Source: Yuukianura sp. NJ FZ-2021 (Eukaryota). Taken from it: a DNA stretch of 64,000 bases. The first letter of the stretch is position 1. Each line of letters starts with the position of its first letter. This document shows positions 1-10,934 of the stretch, piece by piece. The notes beneath the pieces were generated by a model. That model had not been told where the DNA came from. It did not search any database and saw only the letters and a list, made by a program, of their open reading frames with translations. The translations under genes were made by a program, and so were the position numbers. Location of the stretch: positions 4,836,001 to 4,900,000 of the forward strand of contig CM102288.1 in NCBI GenBank assembly GCA_046563655.1, written 5' to 3'.

Positions 1-406
1 TTGGAAAAGAAACAATAAAGAGAAGTCCTTTCTAGTTAATGGCTCCATGTTCTCCCACAAGTTTTCAAAGTTCCGCAATGATCTCACATCTCACCTTTGC
101 AGCAACAAAAAACGAAAAATTTTGAAATTTTGGAAATTATGTAGTACTTAACACCGCACTGTTAATATGACAAACACGAGCTATTGTACAACAATCGTGC
201 CAACTTGGAATCTAATTTACCACTTCTCCGTTCACGTTGACCATTGAAGCATTACGCAATCTCAGATGAGGGTAGAAGCCACCGATGAAATTCATTTCAG
301 CATCATTGGATCATGCAACAGAAATGTCGATTAACACACGGGCGTAAGTCTGTATGAATTGGTTATACTATAAATTTTGTATACTTTAAAAAAGTTGTGT
401 TGTTTT

Positions 407-1142
407 CAGTGTTCGGACACCCCCTTCCCCACTGGGGATGGGGGATGGGGATTTGGGGCTCAATCCCCGGGGACATCATACTCGAATTGGGGGTGGGGAT
501 TTAAAATTAAATTCGGCTAAAATCGGACGGCCGACGGCGGCTCGGAACTCCATTTTGCGCGAACCGTTTGGATCCAATTTACAAACAATTGTAAATGTAG
601 CAAAAAGAAACATTCTGCACAACATTTCACTGCAAAATTTCGGATTTTTCAAATTCATTAACTTTGTTTCCTTGATTTTATACATACAAAATACATACAA
701 AACCATATAAATCATCAGTCCCACATATAATCACTTAAAACAATTATTGACTCAACCTAGCTTAACACCGAACCTCACATTACCTATGGACATCGCTAAT
801 CAGCTGGTGGGTGTGAATTGCCGTACCAATTTATATATAGTGTAATTTAATCTAATCTGCTTACAAAATAATTGCGAGTTAAGCGAAATTAATTAATTAG
901 CTTGTATAAAATAGGATGACAAAATAGTGTGATACGTTCCTGTGAGAAAGAGAACCATAACCAGAAAGACAACAGCCAAAAAGGTGCGCACAATCAATTA
1001 GGTTTAGAATTCCCGGCGGCCTTCTGCGCATGCGCAATGCCATTTTTCTGCTAAACCCCCAATTCCCCAAATCCCCGGGGATTTGGGGAATTCCCCAAAT
1101 CCCCGGGGACATCATCTAATCCCCGGGGATGGCCGAACACTG
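407..1142. mobile_element. Non-autonomous hAT-type DNA transposon (MITE), 736 bp
   Basis: Termini CAGTGTTCGGACACCCCC (407) and GGGGATGGCCGAACACTG (ends 1142) are 18-bp TIRs with 2 mismatches. Perfect 8-bp direct repeat GTTGTTTT at 399-406 and 1143-1150. Subterminal GGGGAT/ATCCCC repeats at both ends; no transposase ORF. An 8-bp TSD with CAG ends is typical of hAT. Confidence 0.9.
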
Positions 1143-1822
1143 GTTGTTTTTAGAGGGTAGTACTTTTTACAATACCCTCCAGAAGAGTAATAAAACGAAA
1201 GATTGTATTTCATTTCGGTTGCTTTATTTGCGTCACTGCGCAAGTTGTTTCTGAGTAGGTTCAGACTACGGGTTCCCATGTTGCAATGTTTTTGACATTG
1301 AAACTTAGTTCTCAAAAATTAGCCGCCGATCAGAAACCGGTTTTTGGCAAGTCGTCGAGGTTGAAAAAAAATCATGATCGTATTTTTCAAAGATGTTACA
1401 GTAATAAACTTGGAACAAATAATATAGTGTAAGATAATAACATATTTTTACATTGTAATAACATATCAGCCTTGCATGTGTGTACTACATTGGATGTTTA
1501 GACAATCGATACATAAATTGAACGCCAACTTCTAATATTTTACAAAAATTTTGAGCAAATTGGTAACTTGAGTAGATTCATTAGGAATACGTGCAAAAAA
1601 AAAACTGAGGAAAACTGGTGATCCAAGGTGGTTTAAGTTTTTCTTTTTTTGTAAATATATAAAGCTACATAATGTGCCTTACTCATTGGATGTAAAGTTA
1701 GGATTGAGGAAAAGTGATGAGAAAATTACAACATAAATTGTCAATGTAAAATACCTTACCTAGGTAGTAGATGTTCCTGAAAATTGAAGTTTCAGTAGCG
1801 TTCTAAAGATTGCAGGTCAAAC

Positions 1823-3027
1823 ATGGCAGGATTTGCTAAAGTCTTTGGTATCCTTTTCCTTGTTGCCAATTGTTGGGACACTTCAGCTGCTGAATCCTCG
1901 AAAATTTTGACTCCGTCCCAACAACAGGCTTTGAAAAGGGTGAAAATTTGTTATTTTACTTCAGAATTTGAAAGAAAAATTGTTTGTAATTTAAAAATAT
2001 TTGTTTTTAAAACAGTTTCGGTCTTTGGTGGAACCAGAACTGTACCGAGATTTCATGAGGAACGATGTGTACTTGTGGCGTTGGCTACGAGATCAAGATT
2101 ATAATGTGGAACGAGCTCGACAAAAATTGCTGTCGGTAAGTATTATAATAACCAAAACTACTTTTTAAAAGAAATTCAAAGTTTTAAACTTTCAAATTTT
2201 CAAAAAAAGAATTATTGTCGTGTGTTTTCAGAGTATAAAATGGAGAAAAGAGAATCGAATTGATGACTTGGCTAAGGAAGATTTCTCAGATGTTGCAAAA
2301 ATTTGCCCATATTCAATTGATGCGCATGACAAAATGGGAAGACCAGGTTTTCTATTCAATTTTGGGTTTTTCATTTTGATTTTTTTTTTTTAACTTTTTT
2401 TTTGTTGCAGTTATGACCACATCAGTTGGAGGATGTCCAGTTCGAAGAATTATTTTGAACGGCCAAGGTGAAAAGTACCGTCGCTACAATTATCAAAGTT
2501 TGGAAGAATTGGATAATGCACTCCGGAAAGCAGAATCCAACGGAACAGGAATTGTTGACGCAATTGGAATTGTTGACCTCAGTGGATTCAATTGGAGAGA
2601 ACACGCGTGTTTTCGATGTAAACTCTCCAATTTTCATAGAAAAAAAAGTTTCCTAAATGAATATACAATTTTTTTAGGCATTCCATACGAAACCGAAAAT
2701 TTGCTCACTTTTGAAAATCATTATCCACAATTCTTCTACCTCTATGTTATGATAAACGGTACGATCACAAAGAATCTTACAGAGAAACAATTCGATTTCT
2801 ACCTTTGAGAAATGATTTACATCGAATTTTACATTTTAGCACCGAGAATTTTTGAAAACTTTTTGGCACTTTTTCTTCCCCTACTTTCTGAACAAACGCA
2901 ACGTGGAATTCGTGTTTACGGATTCAACAAACAGGAATGGCAGAAGGAACTGCTCAAGCACATAGCTGCTGACCAGTTAGAACCGAAGTATGGAGGAACC
3001 AAAAACAGAAAAATACGTCCCACATGA
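1823..3027 (+). CDS. SEC14-like / CRAL-TRIO lipid-binding protein with N-terminal signal peptide (6 exons)
   Basis: Spliced reading: MAGFAKVFGILFLVANCWDTSAA... (1823-1939), FRSLVEPELYRDFMRNDVYLWRWLRDQDYNVERARQKLLS (2016-2135), SIKWRKENRID...HDKMGRP, ...IVDLSGFNWREH..., FENHYP...INAPRIF..., IAADQLEPKYGGT. These are CRAL-TRIO N and Sec14 motifs. GT-AG introns; AATAAA at ~3050. Confidence 0.9.
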
Positions 3028-3162
3028 CTACATTCAAGTGAAACAAATCAATAAAATATTTCAATACTAAAGCTCGAACAAAGCCTTGTTTTGAAATTTT
3101 ATGTGAATTTTTATTTTATGTTCGACAAATTGTGTATCGCATCAGTCAAAGTTATCAAACGG

Positions 3163-3468
3163 TTTTTATTAAGTATCGTCAGATACTTATAGGGATCGTC
3201 TTGTCCGTCGGTCCGTCCGTCTGTAATTCTTATAACTCGATACCCACTACACTGATTTCTAAGCGATTTTCATTAATTTGTGAGCCAAGTTCACCTCTGT
3301 TGTAACCACCCATATAGAGAACAGAGGAGTCCCACACCATTCCCGCATCGCACCCTTCTCTTTTCTCTCCACTCACTCGGAGCAAAAAATAGAAAGCACA
3401 AGGAATGGGATGCGCTAACACGGAATTGCATCCACTGTATGCATGCTAATTCTTAACTGATGTTTTTT
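3163..3468. repeat. Possible DINE-1/Helentron-associated (HINE)-like non-autonomous repeat remnant
   Basis: T-run, then short hairpin TAAGTATC-gtca-GATACTTA (3170-3189), then a (GTCC/GTCT)n microsatellite at 3203-3224, and a GGATGC...GCATCC inverted pair before a T-run. The layout resembles DINE-1-type elements; boundaries are uncertain. Confidence 0.4.
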
Positions 3469-3730
3469 CGTTTTCACTTTAGTCTGTCAATCCGGTTAGG
3501 CAAATGAAAAGCCTAGTGCTTTTGAAGAGATTTGTTTCAGTTGCAACTTAACTTAACTTAATTAACTTACGGGTTTATTAAGTGTTGTAATACCAATCAC
3601 CTTTGCAAAAACTAATAATGCAAAGCAGTATTTCATAAAATAGAAGGATGATTTTTGAAAATTTGAAGAGTGTGGATTCTAATTGTCTAAATCTCGAAAA
3701 AAAAAAAATACACTTACAAAACTAATTAAG

Positions 3731-4225
3731 CTACATTTTCAGATTGAGTTCAGCCCAGTTAGAGAATTCTTCCAGAGATACCACACCATCTTTGTTTGTG
3801 TCCGCCTCTTCCACGAACTTGGCAAAAGTGAACTCTTTCAACTTCGGTTCATGAATTGCCATCAGATGCACGAATTCTTTGAATTCCGTTTCCGAAATTT
3901 TCCCATCTCCGTCCGTATCGTACAATTTTGCAACAAATTTTGCACTTTCTGCTGTTTCATGCATGACTTTACAGAATTCTATATATCTTGAAAGTGGAAT
4001 TATTCCGTTGTGGTATTTCCTGTAGTGCACTTGATACTCTTCAAGCTGTTCTTCCGTTCTCGGATAGTTCATATTTTGAAATATGTTGCCAATATCCGCC
4101 GCAGTGACATGTTCTTCTCCAGTGACAGGATCGGTTGGTTTGTAAGTTGGCAAAGAGCGGAACATTTCCGTAAGTAACTTCAATTCTTCTTCTGTAAAAG
4201 CAACGCTGTAGTCGTGTTCAAACAT
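3731..4225 (-). CDS. Calmodulin-like EF-hand protein, intronless, 164 aa
   Basis: Canonical C-lobe EF loops DTDGDGKISETE and DTNKDGVVSLEE. The N-lobe is calmodulin-like (FTEEELKLLTEMF...TEEQLEE) but its loops are degenerate. Confidence 0.85.
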   Translation of the reverse strand: MFEHDYSVAFTEEELKLLTEMFRSLPTYKPTDPVTGEEHVTAADIGNIFQNMNYPRTEEQLEEYQVHYRKYHNGIIPLSRYIEFCKVMHETAESAKFVAKLYDTDGDGKISETEFKEFVHLMAIHEPKLKEFTFAKFVEEADTNKDGVVSLEEFSNWAELNLKM

Positions 4226-5251
4226 TTTTATCGCAAAAAAATCCTGAACTTTCAGAGTTGAATGAAATGAAACGTTTAACTGTGCCTAAAACGCCCAAAT
4301 CAAATCTCTTATATTCTTAAAGAAAAATACCAAAATGCTGAAACTTGAAACGACAAGTTCACCTTGGCAAGTAACTGCATTGGTTTTGAAAAATTCTGCT
4401 AAAAAGTAAGATAATTAATTATGCATACAATTCATTATTCTGGCAATTAAGATCATAATTAATTAACTCAAATGACAGTACGGCTCTATGCCTAAATTGC
4501 TTCCTAACGATCAAGATTTTTTTTTCAAACCTTATAGTAGCTTCAGGAACACGTTTTTCAAAAGTTTCTTTTAAAAATCTAAGCAACAGAACTTATTTTT
4601 ATTCTAGTTTCAACCGGTTTCGCAAAAATAAATATGAACCTAAATATTTTCGTCACCTCTGAACTTGACTATGGATTAAATGTAATTGATAAGAGAATGT
4701 CACAAATTATGAAAAAAAAATTCGGTTTTAACAAAATGAAACATTTATTTTTTATTGTACATAGACATGAACAAATTTCATTCGAGTCGCGCCAGCGATG
4801 ATTTTGATAGGATTTTGGGCCACACCCTTTTGAAATACTTTGACGCAAACCAAATCAAGAAAGAATTTGGAGGTTCGCTGTAATTAATATTACAAAAATT
4901 CCAAATCAATTATTATTTTCAAAATGAAAACTATACTGCATGTAAGCCCAAAAACAGTTTTCAACGTAACACAAGACTAACCGCACAACCCGGAATTTTT
5001 GGTCGTGTAATTTGAAAACACATTGTGTGCGTCACGCTCATTATCTAATTGCCATTAAAACCGCAATCTTACCCACAATCTCCAACAAAGTTAAACAGAA
5101 AACGCGCTATTTTTTAATTTCTTGCGTTTAAACCGGTTATGGTATTTTGGAGTAAGAGCTAATAATTAATTGCCAAACTCATTTTGAAGAGTACACTCCA
5201 CCTTTAAATCTCTCAAAGTTTTCGACAGTTGAAAAAATTTACACGAAAACG

Positions 5252-6725
5252 ATGAATTTGTCGAGTTTTCGAAATGTTTGCCCTAGTTTTGAAAATGTTA
5301 GCTTCGCACCAACTAATACATCGAAAGCGTCGCCGCAGCCAACGCGTGGGATTTGGTGCAAAGAAGATTACCGATTCGCCGATTTAAACTGGACGGAAGT
5401 TGGTTGTCCGCGTAAGAAACTTAAACGTTAAGGTGAACAAAGCAATTAATGCTACAGTTTTAATTTACTTTAACTTTAGCTGTAGATGAATGGTACACCG
5501 ATGAACAATATGTTATGTCTCCGTCGCTGTACATGCTGCACTACGTCGGCGGTATTTCTACGACGATCCTTTGTTCATTTGCGCTGATCGCCAACGTGAT
5601 CTGTATCCTCGTCTTTACTCGTCCAGTCATGCGCTCTTCAGTCAACGTGATTCTGCTCATGCTCAGTTGCTCCGACTTTGTCCAAGGTCTATTGGCGCTC
5701 CTAATGCGCGGAATTCAGGGGATTCTTGAACCAGATTGTGCATGGGTTTCCTACATTCGAGGATTTCAACCTTTTATTGTTCCTTACTTTTTTCCACTAC
5801 TTGCGACAGGTAGTCATGCGATTTGAAAAAAAAAATATACATGTTTTGGAAATTTAAATTCAAGTTTCGAAATTTTGAACTTGCTAGCTCAAGTCACTTC
5901 GGCCTACTTGACTGTGCTGATTACCTTGGAGCGATTCGTGGTAATATGCAAACCACTGCATGTCTACACTTACTTCACCATGAAAAAATCCATCATCTAC
6001 TCCATAACAGTCGTGATTTTTGCAATTTTGTTCAATTTTCCGAAATGGTTTGAATTGGAAGCAAAAGCAAAGTTTTTGAGAAATCGGTTTTTGGGTTTCG
6101 TAGTGCAACCGACAAAATTTAAGCAAAATCAGACCTATTTGTTTCTTTACGAGAACCTGGGTTCACTCTTCATTCGCCTTGTTCCGTTCATCTTACTGTT
6201 CGTTTTCAGTTTAATCATTTTTATTAAGGTAAAATTTCTATTTTAAGTTTCGAAAACTTTACCATATGTTGAAAATTTTGAGTTAGTATTATGGTTTTTA
6301 TGTAAAAGGCGTGACTTTTTTTCCAGATTTGTCGGATGACAAAAGAGAGGAAACGGATGTCGCATGGCCAGCGTCACGATGCATCGTTGGCTCGGATGCT
6401 TCTTTGCGTTTCAGCCCTCTTCCTCCTGTGCAACTTTGGAACCATTTTGGTGGCAATTTTGAAGCTATTGGAAGTATCTGTTCCACAAGACGTTTCAAAT
6501 ATTAGTGAACTTCTGATATTGGTTCCACCGTCTCTAAATTTTGTCATCTACTGCATCGGAAGTCGGACTTTTTGGAACGTTTTGCTCCAGTTCTTAGGAA
6601 CAAAGCAGGAAACGGAAGACTGGGAAAGGGAAAGGAGGGGTTCAACGCTTTTGCAGAACGTGATGGTTCAACTGAGGGTCAGAAGTCACTGGATGAGAAG
6701 AGCAACTACAGCGCCAGTACCGTAG
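5252..6725 (+). CDS. Class A GPCR, FMRFamide-receptor-like (4 exons)
   Basis: Exons 5252-5411, 5480-5809, 5888-6228 and 6327-6725 join in frame. Motifs: ANVICILVFTRPVMRSSVN, SDF (TM2), SAYLTVLITLERFVVICKPL (TM3), FNFPKWFE (TM4), SLNFVIYC (TM7). N-terminal NxS/T sites. Confidence 0.88.
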
Positions 6726-7083
6726 CTACCGTAGGTAATATTAAAACATTTACCTTATCATTATCTAACTTCGCAATTACTATTTTCAACCTACGCTTAT
6801 GTTAGGTTAGTTCATTAGTTGCTTTTGATCGCAGAATGTTGCGATTTGCCAAACTGTCGTGTTCTACTGGTTGAGTTTTTTGTGTATCATAAATTAACCG
6901 CAAGCGTGTAGTTAAAACAAGCTGTTGCACCATTGAAGCTTATAATAAAACTTAAGTTAGTCTCAATTTTAGTTGAAATTAAGTTCCAACGAAAGGAATT
7001 GTTAGAAATAACTAATTCTGAGCGTTTTAGATTAAGGATAAGTAAATGAATTTACTCTCATTTAAAGTAAAATCATTGTTTTA

Positions 7084-7152
7084 TACTCGCTGGTTGAGTT
7101 ATACGGCTTTTGACGCTGTTTTACTCGCTGGTTGAGTTATACGGCTTTTGAC
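7084..7152. repeat. 31-bp perfect direct repeat (period 38) spanning the stop codon of the WAP gene
   Basis: TACTCGCTGGTTGAGTTATACGGCTTTTGAC at 7084-7114 and 7122-7152. Confidence 0.95.
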
Positions 7153-7778
7153 ACGATGTTCCACCACAAGAGTTCGGGCAGCACAGCAAACCCTCAACAC
7201 ATCCACTTTTCCGGCAATCTTCAAAATCTTCAACGTTGCAGTCCAAACGAATTTCTTGTATAGGTGGGCAACTGCCGTTGCCGTTTTGGCCTTGATCTGG
7301 GACACATCTTCCCACTGGTCGGCACCGCGAACGCCAGCACCGTTGTCGAACCTCACAACGGTATCCGGACTTGCAGTCCATTCTATCGCAGGGATCTGGT
7401 ACAGACAATACACGTTTTAATAGAAATGGTTCCCAGTTGCAAAATTAATCAAAGCTTATAATTGTGGAGAGTTAATTTTGATTTTAAAATTCTCAATCGT
7501 ATTTTACTTACTTGGAACGCACTTGAACTGATCTTTAAAGTCATTGACACATATCTCCCCAGGGGGACACAAAATCAAACATTCCTCGGATATTATTCCT
7601 GCTCAAATTTAAGAAAAAATCAGCCAAATTATATCAAAAGAAATTAAAGGTGAAACAATTGAAAAATTAATTTCAAAAACCGAATTTTGTTACCTCTCGG
7701 AGGATGAGCAACAACGAAACTTTCCAAATACGCAAGCATTAGGCCAATACAGCAAGCAGTTAAAATCGGACGATTCAT
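7121..7778 (-). CDS. Secreted cysteine-rich protein with C-terminal WAP-like (four-disulfide core) domain; crustin/waprin-like, copy 1 (3 exons)
   Basis: Signal peptide MNRPILTACCIGLMLAYLESFVVA. Exon 2 IISEECLILCPPGEICVNDFKDQFKCVP. Exon 3 PCDRMDCKSGYRC...GSCPP...DC...DCRKSGC...LCCPNSCGGTSCQKP (8-Cys WAP-like pattern). Confidence 0.8.
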
Positions 7779-8224
7779 TTCGTTTTGTTGTTTCTTGAAA
7801 TATCGCGTTTCAAATTTTCGTTTGCAGTTTTTGGTTTGAAATCTCAACAATAATTATGAGCGAAGTGATTACGATTTTTGGTACTGAAAAATAAATTGCA
7901 GGAATGGGTAATTATATACTGGAGAGGACAGAAGGAGCTTTTGTGATGAAAATGATTTTTAGCTGTAACTGACGTGAAATTCTTTGAAAACTGCCAATGT
8001 CAGCAAGGACAAGCCCGAATTACTTAAAATTTTAATACGCAAACACACGCTCCGGCATTTAAATGAGCATGTTCAGATTCTTGGGAAACAATATATTGCG
8101 CCGTAAAAACATTAAGAAGCAAGTGTTTTTTTTAAATTAAACTATGAGAATTTTTCAACTAACGCTTCAATCAATTAAATTGACCGCTTTAACAACAATT
8201 TTCCTTGATTGATTTAAACCAGAG

Positions 8225-8310
8225 ATTGGCCGCAACATTTGCAGTTTGCACAGCAAACTTTCTACACCTCCGCTTTCTTCGAGGCAATCAGAAAAGTTAC
8301 ATGTTTCAGC
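8225..8310 (-). pseudogene. Decayed WAP-exon remnant between the two intact paralogs
   Basis: GCACAGCAAACTTTCTACACCTCCGCTTTC...GGCAATC aligns with GCACAGCAAACCCTCAACACATCCACTTTTCCGGCAATC of copy 1. It translates as CNFSDCLEESGGVESLLC, with lost Cys residues and a disrupted continuation. Confidence 0.6.
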
Positions 8311-8657
8311 AGTATTTTTGAGCTTTAGCTGTGAATTTGACACAAAAATTCTTTGTGAGTTTATCAGAATTTGTGTATTTGCGTAATATCCAACACTCAT
8401 GTGTGATGAAATAGTAGTCACGAAAACCTATGGTTTCTTATTGTAAACAATTTCAAAGCAATTAAATTCAAATTAGGCGACAGCGCACAAGTAGGATTCT
8501 TAAAGTTTATTGAAAAATCAACCATGTTACAGCATCAACCGACCGTCAGGAAAGAATCTTCAATGAATCTTGATGATTTCGTCCGCAACTGACGTAGAGT
8601 TAAATTAAATGCAGTTCAGTTCTATTAATTAAACCGTTGCTTCCTGATTAGTTGATT

Positions 8658-9309
8658 TCAAATTGGAATTTGGCAGGAACTGCCACCACAAGCCTGAGGG
8701 CAGCAAAGTTGACCTTGAGGACATCCACTTTTGGTGCAATCCGTAAACTGGCAGATTGAAATATTACTACTGCCAGTAGGAAGTGGGCAGCTTCTGCTGT
8801 TAAGTTGTTGAATTGCGCCCTGCACGCATTGACCGATCGGGCGGCATTGTTCACCAGTGCACTGCTGCGTCACCACACAACGGTATCCTGACCTGCATTT
8901 TATTGAAGCACAAGGATCTGCAACCGCATTAAATTTTAATATTGCTATTTGATAATATGTCATTTTAAAACAAATTCTCACAATGTATTTACTTGGTTCT
9001 TTGCAAATGAATTGATCGCAAGGATTCGTCAGACATTTCTTGGGATCATAGATACAAGTGTATCCAGTGGGACATGGCGATGAAAAGCATGGATCCAAAA
9101 CTAAAAATTTTCAAAAAAAAACACGTCAAATTTTGAAACTTAAAAATCAGGACTAAATATTCTGAAAAAAACAACAAAAAGTTCAAAGCTGTACATAGTT
9201 ATATTTTAGTTGCAGTTTAATTTAAAAACTTACTGATTCGACGCGATGAAACTTGTGAGAAAATAAATGCAAATAAAATGCAAAATACGAAAGTAGCAAA
9301 AGTATTCAT
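8658..9309 (-). CDS. Secreted cysteine-rich WAP-like protein, copy 2 (3 exons)
   Basis: Signal peptide MNTFATFVFCILFAFIFSQVSS (ATG 9309). Exon 2 DPCFSSPCPTGYTC... Exon 3 PCASIKCRSGYRC...SCPLP...CQFTDCTKSGCPQGQLCCPQACGGSSCQIPI. Same exon phases and exon-3 Cys pattern as copy 1. Confidence 0.82.
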
Positions 9310-10934
9310 GGTTCTTAAGTTTTAGAGTTTATGATTTCAAGCGAAAAAGAAACAAATTCTGTTACTTAAAATAGAACCAGGTTTAACTTATGTTATGTGA
9401 ATAATGTACATTGAAACTCGGCTCAACTGAACGGTTGTGTGTACTAATTGTCGTGTTTACGCAACCAGATGATTAAACCTGCTGATTGTGACTCACAATT
9501 TGTGAGTTTATCAGAATTAAAAGCAAGATTTTGTAATGTTGAGTTTTTGGAAGTGAAGTGGAAAGTGTCTTTTAAAATAAATTCCACGTATGAAATTAAA
9601 TTCCTGGAATTTACCACTTTCAATTTATGCACTAGCGCAGAGGCGCTAAAATCGTCACCAACTTAAATTCAACATGTGGAGTTTTAAACAAGTATTTTTA
9701 ATGAAAACTGTTTGATTTCAAAAGAAATACTAGGGAACATACATTTGTGGCATTTAAAAAAGTAACATTTCCGAACCCTCATGCAAATTGACAAAAGTGT
9801 AAAGAATTATATGCAAGGTGGAACTGATTTCATGCTTCTCCAATGCTCTAGTTTTTTTTTCCGGAAAATTATTAATAATATGAGTACTACCGAAATTGTT
9901 GCTAAACTTTACGCCTAATAATCTTATCAATTCGTTTGCTTTGTCTTTCAATTAAAATAAGATAGAAATTTATTCTAAGGTTCAATAGCCCAGTGACCCC
10001 AATAACCAAAAGCAACAAGCATATTGTCAACAAATATTGTCAAAAAGCATATTGTGCGAAAAAAACGCATTTTTTTTAATCTGTTAATTTAATTTCACAA
10101 GGAATCTGGTTAAGAAGAAGAAGATACAGGCGATCCCAGGCGATTTTTTAGTTATTAATTTAATTAAATTTAATTAATAAATTAATTATCCTAATTTATT
10201 AAAGAAACAGAAACACACAAGGGAAATTTTTTTGATTGGAAAGTGTGACTGGCTCTGTAGCGCGACACAAGCGGTTTGCTTGATTTGTGATGGATGGATG
10301 GCGTTTTTTGTTTGAAATTTGAAAACAGAGCTTTTGTTTTTGAATTTTGCCTAAGTTTAGTGTTTTAATTTTGAAAGTGAGTCGTTTGAGCGTGGTTTGT
10401 TCTAATCAGAGGTTGAGATGTGTTCTGAGAATCGAGAAAGGAAGAAGCGTCTTGAGATTAGAAGTGGACGCTGAAGAGTCCTTTTCTGAAGCATGGACTT
10501 CGTAGATCATGATCCATTTTCCAGCGTTTGGCTTCTCTTTTGTAGACGCTTCAGCTTGAGAGGAAGTGAAAATGATGCTCAGTTGGTGAAGATTCGAAAG
10601 GATCAAGTGCTGAAGTATTCTTGAGAGCCAAGGACTCTTATTTTGGACTTGACGCTGTTCTGCATAAGTCCAAAGTGATCGTGTCAAAGACCTGGATTCA
10701 CTTTTAGCAGTTTCTTCGTCGTTGGCCAGTGATGAATAGAAGGTGAGCGATGCAGCGGCGTCATTCCCTGTAATACTCCTTCTGATTTTAGCCTTTTGAG
10801 TGAAAGCCAAATGGAAACAAGTCAGTTTCCAACACAAACAGGATCCAAGGCTTTATAAACAAAACCGTTTTTCAAAAGTTGAACAAAGTGAAAGGGGAAG
10901 TGAAAAGTTCAACAAATTGACACTGGCAGGCAAA

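Noticed and set aside
438..1315. ORFs 438-710, 476-724, 897-1115 and 1112-1315
   Set aside because: They lie in or across the MITE and show no transposase motifs; treated as chance frames.
10406..10837. 143-aa minus-strand ORF upstream of the coiled-coil gene
   Set aside because: Non-ATG start, no recognisable motif or splice context; probably promoter DNA.
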